Assembly (NCBI GenBank): GCA_964404415.1
Contig: CAYOKC010000001.1
Location: 67 to 64,066 of the forward strand
Length of the DNA: 64,000 nt
Reading direction: 5' to 3'
From: an uncultured Leptolinea sp.
GTDB taxonomy: Bacteria; Chloroflexota; Anaerolineae; Anaerolineales; Anaerolineaceae
Part shown: positions 57,291-64,000 of the stretch, piece after piece
Position numbering within the stretch: the first letter of the stretch is position 1
How the letters are laid out: each line of letters opens with the position of its first letter
Notes under the pieces: model-generated
Databases searched by the model: none
Seen by the model: the letters and a program-made list of their open reading frames with translations, nothing else
What the model was told of the DNA's origin: nothing
Position numbers and translations under genes: made by a program

Positions 57291-58205
57291 TCATTCCCCT
57301 TTCAGCGGAGATACTGTCATGCCAATGGGCACTTCGCGCCCATCCACAATACCCACGCCGCCGGTTGGCATGGGCGGCCCGTCGATATCCCGGAAGAATA
57401 ACGGCAGCCCTTCCGCCAGAAGAATACTGGTAATGGTAGGATCCTGTCTCTGGTGGTGGATATGGATATGCGGTTCACTGGTATTGCCTGAATTGCCCAC
57501 CCTCGCGATGGGGGTACCTTCTTTGACATGATGACCGGGTTTCACTTTCACCGAATCCGCCATCAGATGCGCGATAACAAGGTAAGTATCCGTCTCATCA
57601 ATCCGTAGAAAAATATAATTCCCCAGCATCGCGTTGACATCAGGATCATCCATTTCGGTTCCGGCCGGAAGGTCGGGCATATCATTGCGGATGCCCACCA
57701 CCGTTCCGTCAATTGGAGCCAATACGGTTTTCCCGAAAATGCCATAATCTTCAAGATTGGGGGTTTTTAACGCGGCGGGATAAGCCAGAAGATCATACGC
57801 CCAGCGTTCAAAAGGTACCGTAACATGGTAATTCTCATCAACAGTGTTTCCTCCCCACGCGATAATCACAGATTGGTCAACCGGCAGCCGGATGCTGACA
57901 GAAGGCTGCGTAGCCTCCAGGTCAACCGGATAGGCTATCCGGCCGAAATCCACAAACCAGCCAGCCGGCCACGCGGCGATCAATGAGATAGCCAGCAAAA
58001 GGAGCAAGGTTTTTTCCGGCCATCTCCTCCTCACTGCCCGGGTGATGATCACCACCAGTGCAAATAAAGTGAAGATAACCCCGGCCAGACCAAAAAACAT
58101 CACAAACCACCAGCTCAGAATTGACGTTTGACAGGGGCCAAAAAATACCATTCCCCAGGCAGCTGCCAAAATGGCCGTGATAATAAAAAACAATATCTTT
58201 ATCAT
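57291..58205 (-). CDS. Membrane-anchored M23 metallopeptidase
   Basis: H...ERWAYD, VLAPIDGTV, AHL, GNSGNTSEPHIHIH; ATG 58205 after GGAG. Confidence 0.88.
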   Translation of the reverse strand: MIKILFFIITAILAAAWGMVFFGPCQTSILSWWFVMFFGLAGVIFTLFALVVIITRAVRRRWPEKTLLLLLAISLIAAWPAGWFVDFGRIAYPVDLEATQPSVSIRLPVDQSVIIAWGGNTVDENYHVTVPFERWAYDLLAYPAALKTPNLEDYGIFGKTVLAPIDGTVVGIRNDMPDLPAGTEMDDPDVNAMLGNYIFLRIDETDTYLVIAHLMADSVKVKPGHHVKEGTPIARVGNSGNTSEPHIHIHHQRQDPTITSILLAEGLPLFFRDIDGPPMPTGGVGIVDGREVPIGMTVSPLKGE

Positions 58206-58227
58206 GTTTTCTCCAAAATATTCCAGG

Positions 58228-58950
58228 TTATTGCAGTACATCACGCCGGGTGGTGAGGTAACACCCGATGGCGGCAACAACCAATCCGCCGATCAAGCCG
58301 ATCAACAGCGGCTGTGAGAACGGGTCGCCATTCCGCAGGTTGCCCTCGATCACCCCGGGGATGGTCCACGGATCGAACTGCTCAAAATCAGAGCCATAGA
58401 TCACCACGCCAAATACGGTAGCCACAATCCCCACGCCCATAGCCGCCACGAAACTGCTCAAATACAGGCTGACGAAAAGATGTATCGAAATGATCAACCA
58501 CGAAGCGAGATACGGGTAGAACATGAACTGGAAAAGTGTCTCCCATGGGATGGGCGCGTCAAAACCCAGTTCCGGCAGCAGGTACCGCCCGGTCACCCCC
58601 ACGCCAACAGTCATCAAACCCAGTACCAGCGTACTCAGCCCGATCAGCCCGGTACCGATAAACTGTTTGGCGAAATAAATGCTCCACCGCGGAAGCGGTC
58701 GGGCGTATAACTGCCCCATCTGCAGGGTGACAAACAACGGCAGCAACAGCAGCACCCACATCATGGCGGTGTGGTCGATCAGTGTCAGCCAGCTATCGCC
58801 GCCCACCTGATACATTTTCTTCCCGTACTGGAACCCGATGGATAGTTCGAGAAAAGCCAGCGCCAGCGGCGCGAGGAAAGTCAACGCGACCATCAGTGTG
58901 CGTTTGGATTTTAGCCATTCGGCGTCGATAGCCCGAAATAGTGATCTCAT
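58228..58950 (-). CDS. ABC-2 type permease (lantibiotic-immunity MutE/EpiE-like), possibly with an internal deletion
   Basis: AEWLKSKRT, P.PRWSIYFAK, PW, RRDV; the usual E-H..-W motif is not seen. Confidence 0.75.
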   Translation of the reverse strand: MRSLFRAIDAEWLKSKRTLMVALTFLAPLALAFLELSIGFQYGKKMYQVGGDSWLTLIDHTAMMWVLLLLPLFVTLQMGQLYARPLPRWSIYFAKQFIGTGLIGLSTLVLGLMTVGVGVTGRYLLPELGFDAPIPWETLFQFMFYPYLASWLIISIHLFVSLYLSSFVAAMGVGIVATVFGVVIYGSDFEQFDPWTIPGVIEGNLRNGDPFSQPLLIGLIGGLVVAAIGCYLTTRRDVLQ

Positions 58951-59868
58951 TTATGCTCCTTTTTCTCCAGATTCAGTGAGAGTCAAGAATATATCTTCCA
59001 ACGACGGATGGGTCAGCCCGAGTTGATAGACCTGGTGCCCGGCCTGCACCAACTGCGCGTTGATCACCGCCGCGTCGGAATACCCGTTGACCGGTACCGT
59101 CAGGTGATTGTTCGCGCGGTGGACCGCCTGCCAGCCGGAACTGCGCAGCACCCGGCAGGTATCGTCCAACCGGTCGGTGGTCACGGAAACATAATCCGTG
59201 AACCGTGAGCGCAACTCATCCGGGCTGCCCTGAAAGATCAGGCTTCCAGACTGGATGATGCCTATCCGCGTGGCCATCTGTTCCACTTCGTTCAAAAGGT
59301 GGCTGGAAAGAAAGACTGTAGTCCCTTCTTTGGGCAGCCGGCAGATCAATTCACGGATCTCGTGGATGCCCGCCGGATCCAGCCCGTTGGTGGGTTCATC
59401 AAGGATCAGCAATTCCGGCTGGCCGAACATCGCCGCCGCCAGACCCAACCGTTGGCGCATACCCAGTGAATATTCCTTCACAGGACGGTTCGCGTCTTTT
59501 TCCATCCCGGTGACAGCCAGCACGCGGTTAATCTCTTTACATTCACCTCCGGTCAACCTGCGGATCAGTTCCAGGTTCTCGCGCCCGGTAAGGTGCGGAT
59601 ACAACGCCGGGGTTTCCACCAGCGATCCGGTGTGTGACAGGATATCCCGTTCGTTTTGTTTTAGCGGACGTCCAAAGATATGAATGCTGCCGTCATCCGG
59701 CTTGATCAAACCCAGCAGCATGCGGATAGTGGTGGTCTTCCCTGCCCCGTTGGGACCAAGAAAGCCGTAGATACAGCCCGGTGGGACCTGAAGGTATAAC
59801 TTGTTTACCGCCTGTGTGGTGCCAAATCTGCGGCTCAGCCGCTGAACTTCAATAATGTTATGCATCAT
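58951..59868 (-). CDS. ABC transporter ATP-binding protein (BcrA/LanF-like)
   Basis: GPNGAGKTT, YSLGMRQRL, LDEPTNGLDP, SSHLL. Confidence 0.95.
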   Translation of the reverse strand: MMHNIIEVQRLSRRFGTTQAVNKLYLQVPPGCIYGFLGPNGAGKTTTIRMLLGLIKPDDGSIHIFGRPLKQNERDILSHTGSLVETPALYPHLTGRENLELIRRLTGGECKEINRVLAVTGMEKDANRPVKEYSLGMRQRLGLAAAMFGQPELLILDEPTNGLDPAGIHEIRELICRLPKEGTTVFLSSHLLNEVEQMATRIGIIQSGSLIFQGSPDELRSRFTDYVSVTTDRLDDTCRVLRSSGWQAVHRANNHLTVPVNGYSDAAVINAQLVQAGHQVYQLGLTHPSLEDIFLTLTESGEKGA

Positions 59869-59880
59869 TTTTCACATCCT

Positions 59881-60672
59881 TTATTTCAGGAAATCAGGCG
59901 TCCATTCCATGCCGATCGGGCGGCCAGCTTTGAAACGGAAGTCGCATTTCGGTCCGCCGCTGCCAATCGTTGTGGTGCGTACCAACCCGGTCCCCGTACT
60001 CCGGCTGATGGGAAAATCTCCCAGGCACATATATTTCGCCAGGTCAAACGCGCCATTGGCTTTGTAGAACTTGGCCACACCGCATTCGGTGTAATCAACA
60101 CCAAAATCGAAGTTTTCCCCGTCCCCTTCCACGAAGGTCATTTTCCAATCACCCGGATAGGGGCTTTTCGCCGTCCATTTCTCGATCACCCGGTAACTAT
60201 CCTGCTCCACTTTGCCGGTCGGGTTGCGCAGATGTGCCGACATCATCGGATCGCTGAAGGTGAAAAGCTTTTCCATTACCCGATAGATCACACGGCCTGC
60301 CTCATCCACATCCTGCCCATAGACTTTCATCGCCTGGTACAAGGCCAGGCCGGCGGCAGACATGTAGAGCACCTCGGTCAACTGGTTATCGTCACCGCCA
60401 ATGTACGGTACTTGCGGCAGTAATGTTTCATAATTCACCTTTGCTTCTTTGGCCACGGCGGCTGTTTCTTCCGGGCTGAGTTTTTCAGCAATAAAATCGC
60501 GGGCCGGGTTGATGATGGAGTCAAAATCGTCCATCAATTTCTTTTTATTGGCCTCCCAGTATTCCCTGGGAGGCTCGGATGTTCGTATCCCGCAGCCGGC
60601 CAGGCACAGGCCGCAGATACCTAAACCGGTGAGTTTCATAAAGTCACGGCGTGAAACATCGTTCTGATCCAT
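59881..60672 (-). CDS. L-2-amino-thiazoline-4-carboxylate hydrolase-family protein with Tat/lipoprotein signal
   Basis: SRRDFMK...LAGC; PYIGG..N, DYTECG, C..D, LVRTTTIG.G..KCDFRF. Confidence 0.8.
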   Translation of the reverse strand: MDQNDVSRRDFMKLTGLGICGLCLAGCGIRTSEPPREYWEANKKKLMDDFDSIINPARDFIAEKLSPEETAAVAKEAKVNYETLLPQVPYIGGDDNQLTEVLYMSAAGLALYQAMKVYGQDVDEAGRVIYRVMEKLFTFSDPMMSAHLRNPTGKVEQDSYRVIEKWTAKSPYPGDWKMTFVEGDGENFDFGVDYTECGVAKFYKANGAFDLAKYMCLGDFPISRSTGTGLVRTTTIGSGGPKCDFRFKAGRPIGMEWTPDFLK

Positions 60673-60685
60673 TGTTTTCTCCTTT

Positions 60686-62149
60686 TCAGCTCTGCCGCGG
60701 CAACCGGAACAGCTTCACCGCGTGCCATGTACTGCGGATAAAGTTCAACGCCATGCCCGCCAGCAGCCAGATGGTGATATCGGGCATCAATCTATACGGT
60801 TCAATCCAATTGGGCGCGCCGCCTTCAATGGCATTCATCAGGGCTGGTAACCCGAAAACAACTGCCATAGGAAATAACATTCCCAGCGCCACCTTGACCC
60901 ACAACCAGGCACGCGGTTGTTTCGCCGTTTTTGCCACCCATTGCGGCAGCATTCGGAACAGCCGGACATGGTTGGCCAGGTCCGCGACCGCCAGAACCAG
61001 CAATCCCCACCCCGCCCAGGCGTTGTTGACCGGAACCGCGTTTTTCCCGTTCATAAACCCGACAAGGTCAGTATTGATGGCGGAGTTCTCGAACATCATA
61101 TTTTCCATGCTGTCCTGGTTGTACAACGCCACGATCCCGGTTCTGGTCTTTTCATTGATAGCTTCAAACGCCTGGAAATAATGGATGGCGCCGCCGTGGG
61201 CATACGTTTGGCCGCCGTCGATGTCCATCCAACCCATACCGTACTGGCTATCAATACCAGCCGGAGGCGTGCGCATTAAAGCCAGTGATCCAGGGCTGAC
61301 CAACGGGTCGCCATTGGGCTGGCGGTTATCGATCTGGGCGATCAGGAATTTGGCCATGTCATCCGCCGTGGTGACCATGTAGCCGGAGGGTACCCCGCCG
61401 GGGATATATTCCTGGGTTTGGGGCAGCGGAAAGCCGAAGAAGCGGCTGTACCCCTGGGCAAGCTCCGGCGCGTCAACCGGGTTGGTGACGGTATCCTTCA
61501 TGCCCAGGGGGAGGAAGATATTTTCCCGAAGGAATTCACCGTACGGCTGCCCGCTGACTACCTCAACCACATACCCAAGGAGGCGGTAGTTCTGGTTGTA
61601 GTATTCGAACGTGGTTCCCGGCTTATGGAGCGGTTTCACGTATTGCATCAGGCGGACCTGTTCTTCCAGGTTGGCTGTATATGCGGCTGAATTGGGATCG
61701 CCTTTTTCCGCCAATCCGCTGGTATGGTTGAGCAGGTTGCGGATGGTGATCTGTTTTGACACATCCGGATCCCCCACCTTGAACCAGGGAATGTAGGTTT
61801 GAACAGTCGCGTCCAGGTCAACACTGCCGCGATCAACCAGTTTCATCACAGCCAGCGCGGTGAATGATTTTGACACCGACCCAATGTAGAACTGCGTCTG
61901 CGGTGTGACCGGCTTGCCGGGCGCGGCATTGCCGTACCCGCCCGCAAAGATGACCTTCCCATCTTTGACCATGGCGAAGGCCATACCCGGGATGCGATTT
62001 ATGGCCACCTGCTCCCGCAGGTAGGCATCGACAGCCTGTGTGTCAGGGCCGTTATCTACCCGGTAATCAGCCGAAACCCCGGTGAATACCATTCCTGCCA
62101 GCAGGAAACTGGCAATTAAGATAGCAAATATTCTGTGGTGTAGTTTCAT
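60686..62149 (-). CDS. Serine hydrolase, beta-lactamase/AmpC family, with C-terminal TM helices
   Basis: Signal peptide, IGSVSKSFT (SxxK), LLNHTSG, YYN.NY, HGG. Confidence 0.92.
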   Translation of the reverse strand: MKLHHRIFAILIASFLLAGMVFTGVSADYRVDNGPDTQAVDAYLREQVAINRIPGMAFAMVKDGKVIFAGGYGNAAPGKPVTPQTQFYIGSVSKSFTALAVMKLVDRGSVDLDATVQTYIPWFKVGDPDVSKQITIRNLLNHTSGLAEKGDPNSAAYTANLEEQVRLMQYVKPLHKPGTTFEYYNQNYRLLGYVVEVVSGQPYGEFLRENIFLPLGMKDTVTNPVDAPELAQGYSRFFGFPLPQTQEYIPGGVPSGYMVTTADDMAKFLIAQIDNRQPNGDPLVSPGSLALMRTPPAGIDSQYGMGWMDIDGGQTYAHGGAIHYFQAFEAINEKTRTGIVALYNQDSMENMMFENSAINTDLVGFMNGKNAVPVNNAWAGWGLLVLAVADLANHVRLFRMLPQWVAKTAKQPRAWLWVKVALGMLFPMAVVFGLPALMNAIEGGAPNWIEPYRLMPDITIWLLAGMALNFIRSTWHAVKLFRLPRQS

Positions 62150-62193
62150 TTTCCGGTATCCCTTTCAGTAATGAAGAAAGGATACCGGGCAAG

Positions 62194-62233
62194 TGTCGCA
62201 GGCCTGTCTCAGAATTGTCGCAAATTTGTCGCA
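62194..62233 (-). promoter_or_regulatory. Four direct repeats TG(C/A)GACA at exact 11-bp period, candidate response-regulator site
   Basis: tgtcgca/tgtctca at 62194, 62205, 62216, 62227; -10-like TATCCT at 62184-62179. Confidence 0.75.
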
Positions 62234-62246
62234 ATAAATCGGACGG

Positions 62247-63827
62247 TTATTTTGCCATTGGCAGGGTCAGGCTAAAGCAACTTCCTTCCCCCTGCTTGCT
62301 TTCCACGTTGATCCAGCCGCCCATGGCTTCCACCAGCTCTTTGACCAGCGCCAGCCCAAGGCCGGCGCTTTCCGGCGCGGCATTGCTGCCGCGATAGAAA
62401 CGCTCAAAGATATGGTCAAGGTCATCCGGTGAGATCCCTTCGCCGGTATCGCGCACATCAACACGGATAACACCGCCAGCTTGTTCAGCCGACACCGCCA
62501 CAATGCCGCCGGGTGGTGTGTGCCTGACGGCATTACGCAGTAGATTCAACAAAACCTGCTGCATACGGCGCGGGTCAACCATGACCGGAGACAGCGACTC
62601 AGGTAATTGGCCGGTGACTTCCACCCGGCCGGATTGCCAGGCCAGCGGAGAAAACCCGTCCACCACCTGTTTGATCAAGGGTGGTAAATCGGTGGGAACG
62701 ATTTCGAGCGAGAGATTATCCACATCAGATTGTGACACGGTGAAAAGATCGTCGATCAATCCTGAAAGCTGGCGGATCTCGCTTTCCATCAGGGCCACCT
62801 TGCGGCGGTTCTCCTCTGGCGGGGTATTATCCCAGCGGTCCAGCATGGTCTCGATGGCGGCACGCAGGGTGGCCACCGGGGTGCGCAGTTCGTGTGACAC
62901 ACTGGCGATCAGGTCACGGCGCGACTGTAATATCTGCGCGGTGTTGTTCTTCTCCGTGTTCAGGTCGCGCAGGGTGGTAGACAGCCTCTCTGCCATGGCG
63001 TTGAAGTCCGACTGCAACCGGGCTATCTCATCTTCTCCATCCACAGTCACCCGCGCGGAATAATCACCTGCGCGCAGGGCGGCGGTGGTCTCTGTCAGCG
63101 ATTCCAACCGTCGGGTGATGCGTCTGGAAACAAAGTACGAGAACACAGCCGAAGGCGGCAGGATCACGCTTAATGTTGCCACCAGTCCGATAACGATCAG
63201 CGACAGCACCGGGAAGAACGTGACCAGCAGACCGGTTGCCACGGAGGCCATCGGGTCACGGGTTTCCTGTAAAATGCGTGCGGCCGTTGATGAATAGGGA
63301 GTGACCAGGAAAAAAATAACAATAAAGATCAACGCGAAAGCAATGGCCACCATCAGATGGGCATTGGTGATCGACCAGAGCATGCGTTTTTTCCGCATGG
63401 CATTCCAGCGCAGCCACAAACGCACAAAAATCCGGGCAAAAAAGTACCCGATACCGGTAAAACAAAAAACCATAATGATCTGGTCCGTTGACCAGTTGGT
63501 CAACCGCCAGATGGCATCCCATTTAAGCCAGCTTCCTGTCGACCATATCCCCAACAGCATAACCAGGCTGAGAACCATGCCGGTCAACCCGTCTGACAGG
63601 GTCCTCCAGAACCAACCCAAATTCGAAAGCCGGATTCGCAGCACGGCCCACATTCCGCAGCATCCGCACAGGAAGAACATGGCGGTCTGCACCACAAACG
63701 GGTCAACCAGACCTTCCAGATGTGAGGTGGATGCGAGGATGAGCAGCCCCACCATATAGGCTTCCACCAATCCTTGCAGCGGTCGCACAGATAACAACAG
63801 AGAAGAGAACCGGAAGCGGTTGTTCAT
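62247..63827 (-). CDS. Membrane HAMP sensor histidine kinase
   Basis: DEIARL..DFNAMA, SHELRTP, NLLRNA.RHT, DTGEGI, GLGLALV. Confidence 0.93.
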   Translation of the reverse strand: MNNRFRFSSLLLSVRPLQGLVEAYMVGLLILASTSHLEGLVDPFVVQTAMFFLCGCCGMWAVLRIRLSNLGWFWRTLSDGLTGMVLSLVMLLGIWSTGSWLKWDAIWRLTNWSTDQIIMVFCFTGIGYFFARIFVRLWLRWNAMRKKRMLWSITNAHLMVAIAFALIFIVIFFLVTPYSSTAARILQETRDPMASVATGLLVTFFPVLSLIVIGLVATLSVILPPSAVFSYFVSRRITRRLESLTETTAALRAGDYSARVTVDGEDEIARLQSDFNAMAERLSTTLRDLNTEKNNTAQILQSRRDLIASVSHELRTPVATLRAAIETMLDRWDNTPPEENRRKVALMESEIRQLSGLIDDLFTVSQSDVDNLSLEIVPTDLPPLIKQVVDGFSPLAWQSGRVEVTGQLPESLSPVMVDPRRMQQVLLNLLRNAVRHTPPGGIVAVSAEQAGGVIRVDVRDTGEGISPDDLDHIFERFYRGSNAAPESAGLGLALVKELVEAMGGWINVESKQGEGSCFSLTLPMAK

Positions 63828-64000
63828 GGCCTGTTGAAACGGTAGCCGATGCCCCAGACGGTTTCAATGGAATCGCCCAGTGACTCGAGTTTGCGGCGCA
63901 GGCGCAGCACGGCATTATCCACAGAACGGTCGCCCGAAATGTATGCGCCGCCCCAGATGGTCTCTTGAAGGTAATTGCGGCTGAATGTACGCCCTGGATT
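63824..64000 (-). CDS. OmpR/PhoB-family response regulator, 3' end only
   Basis: Manual translation NPGRTFSRNYLQETIWG...DRSVDNAVLRLRRKL....IETVWGIGYRF*; its TGA overlaps the kinase ATG. Confidence 0.88.
   Translation of the reverse strand, partial: NPGRTFSRNYLQETIWGGAYISGDRSVDNAVLRLRRKLESLGDSIETVWGIGYRFNRP

Overview
A 64-kb bacterial chromosomal segment with dense coding on both strands. Gene content and style suggest an anaerobic Chloroflexota (Anaerolineae-like) genome, which is an inference. Housekeeping and metabolic genes include gatCAB, murJ, homoserine dehydrogenase, serine dehydratase, an aldehyde:ferredoxin oxidoreductase, cobO and DegV, mixed with signalling, metal-handling and envelope-stress modules. 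I saw no rRNA, tRNA, CRISPR array, integrase or transposase. The most notable observations are: (1) three tandem Thr/Pro-rich surface proteins share an unusual ~65-aa N-terminal module (WDIL-[TM helix]-[N/D]PxSxxNPFPP...LPx[I/L]WT) and lie head-to-head with a GT-C (PMT/ArnT-like) glycosyltransferase, a candidate anchoring/glycosylation system; (2) a 1.5-kb insert is bounded by a 56-bp duplication of a UroD-family gene 3' end and carries genes with integron-cassette-like (attC-like) ends but no local integrase; (3) a two-component-linked envelope operon has four exact 11-bp-period boxes, a Tat-lipoprotein 'ATC hydrolase' and an ABC permease apparently missing a conserved motif; (4) there is a REP/REPIN-like element and a textbook MerR 19-bp-spacer promoter. 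Product calls come from motif recognition only, and no database search was run.
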